NCBI RefSeq assembly: GCF_009914755.1
Contig: NC_060934.1
Source of the DNA: the human T2T-CHM13v2.0 reference genome, Homo sapiens
Reading direction: 5' to 3' (one strand)
DNA length: 64,000 nt
Part shown: positions 38,151 to 51,480 of the stretch, in pieces
Layout of the letters: each line of letters opens with the position of its first letter
Numbering within the stretch: the stretch's first letter is position 1
Program-made: the position numbers and the translations under genes
Notes under the pieces: model-generated
What the model was told of the DNA's origin: nothing
The model's input: only the letters and a program-made list of their open reading frames with translations
The model's database searches: none

Positions 38151-39214
38151 TAATTTCATCTATCAGAAGAAGTAGAATAAATATACAAGAAATTTAAAAA
38201 CAATTATTGAGAATCTTTTAAAAATATTTTTTTTTCAGTTGGGTTATGTAAGATTTTTATCTGTCTCCCTCACCTTCTTATTGTAACCTATCACTTCCTA
38301 TCCAACATTTAATACTTTATCATACTGGAAGGGAATGGAAGTGATGCACTGGGACATATGAAAAGTTTACAGAAATTTTTTCAACTTAATTAATAAAATA
38401 AATGCCTATAAAGAGAAAAGTCAATGATGTTATTTCTTCAGGCAAAGTTTTCACAGATGGCACTGAATAATTATTTTTAATTCTGAATGTAAAGATATAC
38501 AAGATGCGACATGTTACTTACCTCAGCAAGCAAAGTGATAAACCCACAACATTTTTATTAAAATTATATATAGAAACAACACTGGTTTTGATATGGAAGA
38601 AAAATGTAAATAGAGGGAAAAACATGTACAATTGATCTTAACAAAATAAAAAACATTATTTTCTCATAATTGATATTTCCGACTGTTGCTGGTAATACTT
38701 TTCCTGATATGAGTTAGTGAAAGAATACAAATAATACAGTATATTAGTTGTACAGATACTATTTCTCATTGTAAGGTTTGATGAATAATTACAAATTTAT
38801 AGAAAATGGAAGATGCACTTCAGTGCTGTTTTTAACGAGTATATATAATATCTGCTCTGAATTATTAACTTTATTATAAATTATATATTATTGAGTGTCA
38901 TTTATTATTTTCTGTCTTAAAGTGTTTACAGGGGGCAAATGTAAATTCAAAACAGTTTTGACTATATATGTTATAAAGCTAGAGGTTTTATTTACCAATA
39001 TAACACAACAGCAAATAGACGATCTGAGTATGTTATTGTTCTCAGCTTCCCTTTAGGTTAGGATACCGGCAAGCTTCCTCAGACTGGATACTATGCAGAT
39101 GGTTAAGGGAGACATAGTTTTATCTGCTTACTTGTTCAATTATTTGTCTATTTTTACTGATAGCCTTACTTGAACTCCCATCTTGTTCTCGAAATAGTAC
39201 TAGTCACTAGAATA

Positions 39215-39665
39215 CAGCAGAAGTCCTCTGAGGCTCAGATGAACAGACGGAATTAGAATAACAAGAAAATTTTTGGGAGAAACAACAGGGAAAGATGAAG
39301 GGGAAAGGAAGCAGGAGGCAGCAGGAGCTTTCAGTCCATGAGGCAGGTCTGATACCTGTGAAAGAATAAGGGAAAAGAAGGGAAATAGAATAGGAAAAGA
39401 ATCCGAAAGTAGTGTAGTTCTGAAAAGAAAAAAAAAATCTCAGAAAGTCTGATAAGGAGATTCAGAACAAAGAATACCCATTAGAGGAGTTTTGCTCAGG
39501 CAGGAATGGCCTGGCTCTAGTACCCACTGGGATCAGTCACTGGCAAGGAGCAGCCCGGGGACGTTGATATGGGTGCTGCAGCAGATCCCGAAGTTGCAGC
39601 AGCTGAAAGCTTCCCTTTAACTAATATGAAGGCATATCAGAGAGGATCCCCTCCATGGTTATTAC
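39215..39665 (-). mobile_element. LTR16-family ERVL LTR
   Basis: Contains 'gcaggtctgatacctgtgaaag' and 'ggaatggcctggctctagtaccc', and ends 'ccatggttattaca'. Confidence 0.7.
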
Positions 39666-39669
39666 AGAT

Positions 39670-39945
39670 ATCAATGATACAGTTTCTATGCACAAGTTCA
39701 GAGTGTGGTGAGAGCATACGATAAACAATTATATGAGAAACATACACACATTAGAGTAAGATGCTGTGAGGACCCAAGAAAGGGATGTGTAACTCAGGTG
39801 AAAGAGAGGTAATTGTTCTGACATGGCATATTGGATCTGAGTAAGGCAGGATGAGACAGAGATATCCAGATTAACAAAGGAGAGGGAAAAGCTTTGGCAG
39901 CACCAATAGTCTACATAAAGGCTGCAACACATAGAGAGCAAGGTG
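39670..39945 (-). mobile_element. L2 fragment (continues at about 40760-40990 after the MLT1)
   Basis: Purine-rich L2-like sequence. The continuation has 'aaggaatttgagttctat...aaaggtcactct'. Confidence 0.55.
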
Positions 39946-40019
39946 AGTAAGGTGAGTGCTATTAATCACAAATTGTTTTCAATTCTGTATGGCTAAAGTA
40001 AAAAAAACAAACAAAAAAA

Positions 40020-40315
40020 CATTAAACATGGCCACAAATATGGATCTCTTCCACTGAGATAAGTAGCCTAATTTTCCTCACTTTAAAGATGGACTGGCCT
40101 TACCAATTTCTTTGACCACTAGAAGGCAGGTGGTGTGGCATTATGGAATTTTTGAAGCTAGGCTATAAAAATCATTACAAGTTCATCTAGCTCTCTTAAA
40201 ATGTTCACTCTGAGGGAAGCCAGTCACCTTGTGTGTAGGAGGGGTCCTGCTACCTTGATATCACTCTGCAGTGAGGAAGCCCAGGCTAACAATGCAGGGA
40301 GGTGGTGTGTGTGTC

Positions 40316-40371
<56 letters not shown>

Positions 40372-40623
40372 ACAGAGAAACAGAGAGCTGACGAGGCCTA
40401 GATATTCCAGCCATCCCAGTTTACATGCCAGAGTTGAGAAGCCATTCTGGTCATTCTAGGGCCAGGCTCACATGAAAAAGAATGAAAAATCCAGATGAAA
40501 GTCAGACTGGGAGATATGAATTATTTCAGCTTTCTCCACCTATTTGAGACACCTTACCTGAGACTCTGGTCATCATGGAGCAGAAACGAACTGCTCCTGC
40601 CAAACCCTCTCTAAATGCCTAAT

Positions 40624-40672
<49 letters not shown>

Positions 40673-40751
40673 TGATCCTAATGAACAGTGTTATTTTATG
40701 TCATAAAGTTTTGGAGTGGTTTGTTACACGCCAATATATAACAAACAGACA
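40020..40751 (+). mobile_element. MLT1 (G/H-like) MaLR LTR containing (GT)n(GA)n at 40305-40366 and (CA)22 at 40624-40667
   Basis: Contains 'catggccacaaa' and 'gaggaagcccagg', and ends 'aagttttggagtggtttgttacac...taacaaacagaca'. Confidence 0.8.
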
Positions 40752-43700
40752 TAATGGCAAGAAGAAAATGTCTAAGAGGTCACCTGAGGGTATACTGTAA
40801 ATGCCTTGTTTCAATCCCAAGGAATTTGAGTTCTATATGGAAAGCAATGCAGAGCTATGAAAGGATAAACTTAAGTATGACTGAGTCTGAAATGTAAATC
40901 TGAAAGGTCACTCTCTAGATAATCCACAAATAATGGATTAGAAATAAGTGAACCTTGAAAGGGAGATTACTCAGGAGGCAGTTCTTGTGGTCATGCTTAT
41001 TCTGTGACATTCAGCATAAAGCTGAGTGTCAGCTGGAAAACAGAAATCAAGTTTAAAACCCTCTGCCTTCAAAAAGCATACACTTTAGCAACAGTACACA
41101 GAAAGTCTTTTCCATGAGTACTTTCTGCACAGCAAAGGAAGTTTTAAGGGTCAGGAGATAAGATAAAATGTACCATGGGAAGTGAAAGGAGGAGAGAGAG
41201 TAGGGAACTGTGAAGTCTTTGAATAAGAAAGAATTCAGGAAGTAAGGGTTGAAGAATATATAGAAAAATGACAGCTGAAGTTAGAGTAGCATTAAAAATG
41301 GAAGGTTTGAGTAAAAGAGATAAAGTGCTTTAAAAAAGATGATGGTTTAGAAAACAAAAGAATAATTTTAGTATTTTAACCTGTTTAACACATTTTATTA
41401 GAAAAAGATTAGTACCAAAGCAGCCACAAATGAAATAAAAATATATTAACATAACATTGGATAACACACATTTCAATCATCTTGTTTTCATTTTAAAATA
41501 TAACCAAACATAGCTACAATTCAGTCTACTGAAGAATTGACATATCTAATTAGGGAAGAAGAGGGTTTTTTTTGTTTGTTTGTTTGTTTTTTCCCCCCCA
41601 GCAAATGTTCAAATTATTCATATTCCTGTTTTTCTGTGCTTAAATTACTAAAATATATTCTCTAATAATATTAACAATAAATAGAAGTTCAAATCATTTT
41701 CAGATGAAAGTTAATTTAACATTGATTACTTACAGCCCGTTACACATGTTAAAATTATTATAGAAAACAAAATAATATGAGTATGCTTACAACATTCAGT
41801 ACAACAAAATTAAAAACTCCAAGATGATGGGTATGCATCAATTGAACATCACAGTATATTTTCTTTTTAACAAGGCTCTGTGTCAGCATTATGCATCTAG
41901 CAGGGTGAATCTTAGGTAGGAAGTTGAAGTTGGACACCACCAACAGCACAGGGAAAGATAATGAGGGAGGGAGAAACAAAGAGTGATAAATGAGGTGGGC
42001 TAAAAGTAGAAGTTTCCATTCTTTTATTTATTTTCCTTTGCCTTTCAATTTAGGTTATTCGGTTGTCTTTGGCTGATGCACTGACTTTTCAATGTTTCTC
42101 CTAATGACTTGAAATTGACATAGGAAGAGAACATGTTTCCTGCCTTAAGTCTCTAAACAGATTGAGTAGGGACTTAGGTCCTGTTTTGTCACTAATGTTG
42201 TCAGTAGAGGAAATAGTGGGAAACAAAGGCAACTGTTGTGTTCTCTATCATTGTCAATTGGTACGACAAATAGAGGAGAAAAGACTAGAGGGGAGATAGT
42301 GGGAAATCCTACGCCTCACGCATGTGTTTCTGTGAGTGTTGGGGGTGTGTGTGTGCGCATGCGTGCATTTTAGTGAACTTTGTATTTTTTCCCTTTCTCT
42401 AAGACTCAATGATTTTGTATTTTCACCCATCTTCTCTTTGAGGCCTGGCCCATTATATTGCTATGTACAAATTCATATCTATTTTATTTTTCTTGTTTTA
42501 TACATGTCAATCTTTTTCTTACTCTTCATGTCTTGTGCAATGTCTGGTACTTATGACAGAATAGGGGGAGAGGAAAATTACTGCACAAATAAATGCATGT
42601 CTTCTTATCTATTGTATTCTTCTAATCAAAGTTTTATATTTCTATCCTTTATTCATCTACTTTAGTGTTGTAAAAATGATGGGTGGTGAAACTTACTCTG
42701 TTATCTCTCATTTAAGGAGATGTTACTGATATATTAATAAAAAGCTAGGATTCTTTTCTCTTCATAAAATCAATCATCATTATGACTTGTCCTAGGGACA
42801 ATAAGAGATTTGTGGTTTCACTGAAAATGACTACACTGCCTAGGAGTATGAGTCATAGTATGGACTCCGTGTTCTTATAGAATACAGCCTCAGTAAGGCA
42901 AGCATGCCCTTGAGCACGAAGGTCTGTGAAAAACAGCTTGGAACACTGGAAGCAAGTATTAATTGTATTGCCAAGTGTCTAAATGTATATGTTCATTTTA
43001 AATAGACTTACTATTATTTCACATTTTTAAAAGACAAAATATTTTGCTCTATTATTTAAATTAGAAGCAAAAGGAATCTTTAATTAATGATTTCACTAAA
43101 TCTGTTCTCAATGAAGAAGAAATATACATCCACTGTATATTTCAAGAATAAAACAAGAACAAAGAGGCTTAAAAGAAAAATGTTACCCATAACTCCTTGG
43201 AAATATTTGCCATCCTTGTAATCTTACCTTCTTCTACTTCAAACATTTCAAGAACAATTGCCCCTCCCAAAATATATACCTTGATGTCCGGTTTTGTAAA
43301 TATGATAATAAAAAAGACAGATGAACTTCCTTCCAATATTTGAGTCAAAATATTTTGTAATGAATTCTATTCTGTTTTCCCTAGAGGAGTACGTTAAATT
43401 ATAATGTCTAGGCATACTTTGAGGGAAGAAAAATCCTGGCACAAATCTTATTTCTGAAGCAAAGAAATACAAAATAATAGGCACATACTTAATATTTGAG
43501 ACACCACAGTACACCACCCACAGGTGATTGTTAATACATAAGAGAATTACTTATTATACTAAGAATAGTGTCACTGCAGGGTAAAATATCAAAATTTCTC
43601 TCTTTGTCTTGTAAGGCTATTATGAAAATAGAAGCTATCTGTAGTAGGTAGTAGTTTTAACCTCAAGATTTTTAATTCATAAAACTGAATCACACTGCTA

Positions 43701-45984
43701 AATTTAATTCAGCTGCTAATTCCTTATTCTTTCAGTTACTGTTGACAATAGCAATTTTATGGTTACCTAATCTAGTTTACAATTACATGCATTCTATGTG
43801 AAGGCTTTTAAGACAGGTTATATAGAATCCATTACAATATTCTTCAATAGCAGGAAAGTATAAATAATCTTTCAGTCTGGTAATAAGAAATGTATTTATT
43901 CTATAAGTAGTAATTTGTCAATTTGAGGAAAAAACATGTAACATTTGAAATCAGCTTGTCAAAAATATTTAATGATGTGTTTCCCAAAAAAGTTGGCAAT
44001 ATTGAAATGTGAGTAAAGTAGATTACAAAACAAATTAACCTCAATTTGTGGATATAATAAAAGGATATATGAATAGAGGAAGGACTCTAAGAATACACAT
44101 TTTCAATATAACTGTAGTAACTTCTGAGAGCTATTACTGTGGTTGATTTTAATTATTATTTATAATTTTTAGTATTTTAAAATTGCATGTAATGAGTATG
44201 TACATATTGCGAAATCAAAGAGGAATAATGTGACTTTAAAAGCTATTCATAAATGTTGAATTTGAGCTAAATTTGTCCTTTTAATTTGAAAATTCTTGGC
44301 AGTAACAAAATGTCCACTTTCCCTTTACTTGTCTAAGTGTAAAATTTAGCATTATTTTTTCTTTATTCTTCCAATATCTGAAGGTTTTCCGTATTTAAAT
44401 AACACATCTAAACTCTCGCTAAAAAGACAAGTGAAAAAACAAAAAGTATCCATATGCAAAAACACTGAATTGCACAGCAAATTTATTTATTGCTTTCTTA
44501 CATCTCTATTATTCATACTGCGTAGTCAGACTTATTCAAGGAAGGCTTAAATGCTTTAAAATATCAAATAAAATATTGCCTTCTGGAATTACTCATATTA
44601 ATTTCAAACTTCCTTTAATATAACAATATATCAATTTTTTCTAATCATTTAATAGAGTAGATTTGGGAGATTTCACTTCTACATTCCATGTGATTGAGGA
44701 TAATGTTTTCATATTCTTTATTATTGTGAACAGATTTTCAAAATTTCTTAAAATAGAAACTCAAATGAAAGTATAATCTTTAAATAAATCTTAAAGGTAC
44801 TGCCAGTATTTTTGCAATGATAAAATCTATTATTTTCTTGTGGGTTAATACTAAAGCCACATTATTAGTACTAGCTGTGCTATGTGAGGTAATAATAAAG
44901 CTGTTATTATAAATATAAATATTTCACTATAATTGTAACCTCAATTCCTATCTTTGTGTTCCCAAATCAAAAGCTAAGAATACTTTTAGAACAAGTAGTT
45001 AATTAGCACTTCATAATTTGAAAAAATATACAGTTGTTACAGTCAACATTTTATTGGTAGAGAAAATGATTATGGTTTTGAATGCATTCTTTTAAATTTA
45101 GTGAGTGAATTCCAATTCAAAATATACTTTGAAAATATTAACTAATGCATGACTTACAAATATTATAAAACATAATGGCTTTTATTATAAACTATTATAA
45201 ATATATGTACTAAAAGAGAAAAAGTAAGCAAATCATTTTTTGCCCCATAAATGTGATTTTGTTTTCTTAAAATGCAGGGAATACTAAACAACGTTTACAT
45301 TTTAGAAATAATTTAAACTTAAATATGTTAATCCATGTAATCTTGTGAAGAATTACATCAGTCACTTTGGTTATTTAATTAAAAGCCCATTAGGGAAAGA
45401 AACAAAACAAAAAGATAAACAACAAAGTGAGATACATTAATTGACTTACACAGAGTACACATGAAAGTTTTTATAAGTTTTAATTATATAAATATCTCTC
45501 AATTTTTCTTAAATTGCTGATTTCATAAATTAAGTAGAGATAATCATTGACCACAGAATAAGTGATGGTTAGATTCTTTCAGCAACATAATTTCATTTAC
45601 TCTTTTCTACCGCTAGGTTAATAAAAAAAAAAAAAACATGAAATCCAAATTCATGTTATTTTGTGTGGTTCACCTCTGGATTTCTGATTCTCAAAGTACG
45701 CAAAGCAAATGTGAAGCATTCCATAAATAGCTGAATTATTGAGTAAATGTAATTCCTAAATTTTCATTAAACATAAACTTTCTATGTAATCCAGTAATTA
45801 AAATAAATCATTATTACTCACTAAAGGCTTTAAAATAGTATGCTAACCCTGAACAAAGTGGTGTTTTTTATTCTTTAAACAAAAACTTATTCATCATAAA
45901 AACATTAAAAATACTATTTTTAATGAATATTCATTGTCATTTTGGCACATTCCTTCCAATTTCTGTCCTGTGTAGTATCTAACA

Positions 45985-46230
45985 CAGAGGTTGCAAGGAG
46001 ACTCTGAATTTGACTTTCTCAGCCTGAATTTTTGTCCTCTTGTTCATTAGCTGTGAGAACAAGGATCAGTAACATAAACCCTGTATCTTAAATTTTTTTG
46101 TCTCAAAAATTAAGCTAAAACTTTTAACTACATTACAGGACTATTATAGGATTACATGAGTTAACTAATATGATGAGTATGTAGTTGAGAGTCTGTTACA
46201 AACTAAGTGATCAATATATATAAGTTCTGC
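45985..46230 (+). mobile_element. MIR SINE
   Basis: Contains 'ttagctgtgaga...aaaccctgtatctt...aggattacatgagttaa'. Confidence 0.65.
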
Positions 46231-46744
46231 ATAATTAAGATGATTATGGTGATAATGACGATGCTGATATCTATACGTCCTTAAAGAACCTGACTATAAA
46301 AGGCACTGAAAAATAGACTCAATTTGGAAATGTTAAATATAAGTTTTTAATTTGTCTAGGAAGAACCAGAACCAAGTTTTAACATGTAGTTCATACAAAA
46401 TACTACCTAAATTCTTCTGGGGTTCACAATTAAGGTTGTACTCTGTACTCAGGAAAATGTTTATGTCCATAACAAAAGATATGTAAAACTTGTGCTTGTT
46501 CCCACTACCTCTGTCCAGCCCAAAGAACTTTTTCAATTCCTGTTCAAAACCAGTGATCTAATAATTCTGAAGCAATATTCAAGAAGACTGGCATACATTC
46601 TCCAGTGCCACATTTGCATTAGGAAGCTGCAACATTTTCTAGTCTCAATTTCTCAACCTTTAAATTAGGCATAACTCTATTTTTCTTCGTTTTTGAAGGT
46701 ATGGAAGAATAGATGATAAGATGTGTAAAAATAGTCTAGAAAGG

Positions 46745-47402
46745 TTTTTTAAATTTATTAATAGACTATATTGATAGTTTAAGATTTACAGACAACTTGA
46801 GCATAAATTACAGAGATCTCATATTCTTTTCCACTCAGTTTCCCCTGTCATTGACATCTTACCTTAGTGAGGTACAATTATTACAATTAATGAACCAATA
46901 TTGACATTATTACAGTTGAACTTTCAACAACTTGAGTTAGGACTGTGCAGGGTCACTCCTATGAAGACATTTTTTAATCAAACACGGATCGAAAATACAG
47001 CTTTTGTGGGATGCAAAACCCACACATATGGGGGGCCAAATATTCCTATATGTTGCTTCTGAAAGAATGTATGCAGGACTTCAGTTTATGTGGATTTGGG
47101 TATTAGTGCAGGTGGTCATGCAACCAAACCCTGTGTAAAATGAGGGACAACCATATTAACTAAAGTCCATAGTTAATTTTGATTTCCTTAGTTTCTACCT
47201 AATGTCCTTTTATGTTCTAGTATTTCATCCAAAATACCACTTAAAATTTAGTTGTTTTATGTCCTTAAGCTCTTCTTGGCATTCCTCTTTTTGATGATAT
47301 AGACAGTTGTGAGGCATACTGGCCAGGTATGTTATAGCATGCCTCTAAACTGATATTTGTCTCATGTTTTACCCCTGAAAAGGGTTTATGGGTTTGGGAA
47401 AG
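46745..47402 (-). mobile_element. L1MC1/2-like 3' UTR, split by MER8
   Basis: 'ttacaattaatgaaccaatattga' continues as 'ttaactaaagtccata...gatttccttagttt'. Confidence 0.85.
46913..47153 (-). mobile_element. MER8 (Tigger2-derived MITE)
   Basis: Runs 'cagttgaac...ggatcgaaaatacag...gagggacaac', with TA on both flanks. Confidence 0.85.
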
Positions 47403-47579
47403 TCTAGAAAAGTTAATTAGAAGATATCAATTACTTCTTCCTTACTATTTGAAGAAAATCAGTATTTCCATAATTAATAAAGTAATTTTCTGTTTTGAAG
47501 ACATTTTAAAATGATACATTAAAACAATCTTTGGGATCATAGAAGCTATTTCTAAACCAATTAAAATTATTACCAGTAA

Positions 47580-47785
47580 CTACTATTTTAAGAAATCACT
47601 CTATGCTGAGTGTTTCAAGTCCACTTAATCCTCACAATGATTAAAAAAGATAGATCAGCTTATCCCTATCTTCAAAGCAGATGAAAAAATGGGCTCTTCA
47701 ATTATATAATTTTCCCTTGTTCAAAAGCTCATCAGTAGAGCTGAGCCCTAAAGCTGCTTACTTCTGATTTCAACTACATCACCCA
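47580..47785 (-). mobile_element. MIR SINE
   Basis: Contains 'ttaatcctcacaa', 'cagatgaaaaaatgggctc' and 'agtagagctg'. Confidence 0.65.
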
Positions 47786-48149
47786 GTATTTTCAATATAA
47801 GAAAGCCGTTTTATTTTCTCTCAAAGTTCTTCTGCTTCTCCAATACTTAAAAATTCATTTAATCCTGCATTTATACGGATATCTTTCCCAGCTAATGGGC
47901 AATGGTTATGTGGTGTAGTTTTCCTCCTGGATAAATGTTTTATTATTCTCTAGAGATGCCTCTTCTCAATTTTTGACTTAAAGAAGGAGAAACAAGTAAG
48001 TGAAGACCACTTATTTTACACGGACTAGATTTAAAATTAATTATTAAGGAGAAATGTAACTATAGATGTAGAAAATATCCTATCTTTGAACTTCTGCAAT
48101 CTTTGAATGACATGTTAGAAGTAATGAGGGTGCTTAGTGGATTTTTTTT

Positions 48150-49640
48150 CCTTTTAAGTGATTTTAAAGTATAGTCTAAAATGTACATGCATAGAAAATT
48201 AATAAAAATAATATGAAGAACACCAGAGAATCTGCCATACAGATGATGAATAAAATTATTAAAAACATATTTCAATGGCTCTCCATAGTCGCATTATTTT
48301 TCCTCCCCACAATTTGCCTGACATCATCCAAAGAAATCACTTCCAGTGTTTGTTCATTATCATTCAGATACCTTTTTTACTAGTTTTGCTTTATACTTAA
48401 TGTATTCTAAAATATATTTTTTGCATATTTCAAACTTCTTTAAATAAGCTTCTTTAAATGTTCTAAATCTGACACTTTTTCTTTTTCTCTCTCTCCATAT
48501 ATACACACACTATAGCTCTAGATTATTAATTTTTATTTGTTGTTTATAATTACACCATAATTTATTTATTGGCCTAGTGGTGTTTATAATTACACCGTTA
48601 CTTATTTATTGCCCTAGTGGTGAACACTTAGGCTTTTCCAAATTTTTGATAAGACATGTAATAATGACATGCTATAATGAAAAATATTACACATGTCATC
48701 TGGTTTTCATAGAAGACAGTTGCTTTGGGCCCTAAGATTTACATTAAAGAATGGAACTCCTGGGATATCTATTGCTGCATATCTTTGCCTCTACCATATA
48801 TTGTGAACCTGCTCTTCAAGATGCTTATGCCAAATCATGCTGCTAATGGAAGTGGAAAATCCTATTGGTTTCTGATACTATATGCTTTTCCCCAAAACTT
48901 GCAACTATGAGATTGTTTTAATCTTATTTTTTGTAGACTGGGTTTAAAAGTTATTTACATTGGGCCAGGAGTGGTGGCTCACACCTGTAATCCCAGCATT
49001 TTGGGAAGCCAAGGTGGGCTGATCACTTAAGGTCCGGAGTTTGAGATCAGCCTGGCCAATATGGTGAAACCCTGTCCCGCAAAGAAAAAAAAAGGTACAA
49101 AAATTATTTGGATGTGGTGGCGCGTGTGCGTGCAATCCCAGCTACTTGGGAGGCTGAGGCAGGAGAATCGCTTGGACCCGGGAGGCAAATTATGAAGTGA
49201 GCCTAGATCGCACCACTGTACTCTATCGTGGGAGACTGTGTCTCAAAAACAAAACAAAACAAAAAAGTTTTTTACATTTTTCTTAACAACTAGTAAAGTT
49301 GAATATTCAATCATAATTTATTAATCATGTGTATTTGTGTATTTGCTCTTTATTGAATGTGTTTTCACATTGTTTGACCAATTGGCAGAGGGAAGGTTTC
49401 TTCACCTTATTGATTTTTATGAGTTCTCTGTATATTCTGGTGACTATCTCTCTGCTGCTTACATTTTGTGCAAACACATTCTTTAGCATTCCTGTTCACA
49501 ATTGTACCAGTTTTAATATAGCCAAACTTATCTATCTTTTAATGTCTTCTGCTTTTAATCTGCAATATTTAGCACTAAAATACAAACCTAGTTGCAATAT
49601 ATTTTTATACATCTTTGATTTGATTTGCTGAAACATTTAA
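48150..49640 (-). mobile_element. Old L1ME-like fragments surrounding an Alu
   Basis: Contains 'tgaacacttagg' and 'gagttctctgtatattctgg', highly diverged. Confidence 0.6.
48963..49262 (+). mobile_element. AluS (Sx/Sz-like)
   Basis: Dimeric Alu with a (CAAAA)n tail. TSD aaaagtt(a/t)tttacatt at 48946-48961 and 49263-49278. Confidence 0.96.
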
Positions 49641-49779
49641 GTTTATTGAGTGAACACCCATAAGCAGATTGATCTGTAAACTTCTTTTATCATATTTTCA
49701 TAACATAATAAGACTATTAGACTTGTAGAGTTTGTTTTAGATTATTCACTAATTTTTACTTTTCTGGAAAATATTGTGA

Positions 49780-50910
49780 TATTAGGCTATGTGATCAGAA
49801 CTGGTTACCATAAACTGGATTTGGTCAAAATCAACAAGTTAAATGTAGGGCTGCCATTATAAGCCAGAAGTGAATTCCATTATAAGCCAGAAGTGATGAA
49901 TTCAAGATCATGCAGAAGTAGAATCAGAGAACACAAATAAACTGCATGAGACGATAGCCCCCTTGTCATCTCTCATTATCTTACTATGGCTTTTGCCTCA
50001 TCTCAGGCTTTCATTCATTAGGGTTACCTTATGACCAAGTAATGGAGGTGAAAAAAAAGGCCCAGCTAGCTTAATAGATGGGTTTGCTTAATATGGGTTT
50101 CAGAGTAATGAAGGATTGCTGCTATCTTAAAGCCAAATCAATAGTGATCCCGAAGGACAGAAGTCAGAAAAATTTTCCCCATGGACACTCACTACTTCAT
50201 TCATGTTTTCTGAAAAGAGGAAAGAACCGAGGTAAGAAAATACACTGACATATGGAAGTGGTAAAGAGTTTGGAGGTTTACTTAGTGGTCTGGGTATACA
50301 GAGATTAAAGGGGAGAGAAAGAGCATTGGGGAAAACCTATTTGATGGACTTATAGAAATATCAATAAGTTATGAAGACTCTTTAATCTCGTGTTAATGCT
50401 AACTAAATAATATTCACCATGGAGAGGGCACTAGACAACCAAGTAGATAAAATGACTATGCCAACTGACATCTGCTAACCTCTGTCATTAGATGGCCTAG
50501 TGCTGGCATAATAGATGCCTCAGTGAAGAGACTGTGGTAGCAGAGATGGAGGCTAATCCAGACTCCACAGCATGGGCTTCTGTTCACCAGGGCTGATTTC
50601 TTTATAGCCACTGCTTATTATATATTCTGACAGCCACAGAAACAAACGCTGGACACCTCACTTGGCACTATAGTTTGAGAGGATCAATCACTTTCTTGGG
50701 GACAAGTTGATGATATTGTGATCATCTTATTTTTAAAGAAGAAATAATTTGTCTGGATTGGAATTGACTCACATGATGGGTATGGGTTTGGTTTGCTTTT
50801 ATGTCTGCAGGTGTTTAGCTACAACTTCTATCTAAGACCTTCAGAGTGCTTGAGCTGCTGAACAAGATCCTGCGCAATACTGCATTAACTCAAAGAACTC
50901 ATTTTACATC
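49780..50910 (+). mobile_element. Degenerate ERVL-class pol remnant (RNase H to integrase)
   Basis: 'tacactgac' (YTD), 'caagttgatgatatt' (QVD.I) and GGAATTGACTCACATGATGGGTATGGGTTT = GIDSHDGYGF, resembling the ERVL integrase motif GIDTYSGYGF. Confidence 0.8.
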
Positions 50911-51284
50911 TAATTTTTATTTTATATGAAAGTAATTCTCAGGGAATTGTTTTAAAACAACTGCAGAATATTTTATTTATAAAAATAATGTATAATGCCT
51001 ATGCATACAATTAGTGTGCATTACAAAAGTACTTATTTATTAGCTTTATACAATTTTTAAACCAAACACTATACATAACATTATCTAGCATTGCCATAAA
51101 TTTGTTTTAAACTTGTTAAAATGATACAGAATATAACTCAAATGACCTAGTAATATCATATGTTTCTATTCTCAGAATTTCCCCCTCACAGATTCCTGAA
51201 ATGTTTTTCTTTCCATTTTACCTACCTTAAATAGAGGTAGTCTTTTAGTATTGCCTATAATGTATTTGTTATTTTTGTTGTTAG

Positions 51285-51480
51285 CATTTTAATTGAAGTG
51301 TAATACATGTACAGATACGTGAAAAAATATTATTGGTATAAATAAATCATCACAAAGTGAAAACATTTATGTAATCCCCACACAGGTAAATAAATAAATA
51401 ACATTAACAGTTCTCTAGAAGTCTCCCTTATGTCACCTCCCAGTGCCAACTCTCTATCCAGACTCTATAACCATAGATTT
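51285..51480 (-). mobile_element. L1ME-like 3' end fragment
   Basis: Contains 'ttttaattgaagtgtaatacatgtacag' and 'aacattaacagttctctagaag'. Confidence 0.65.
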
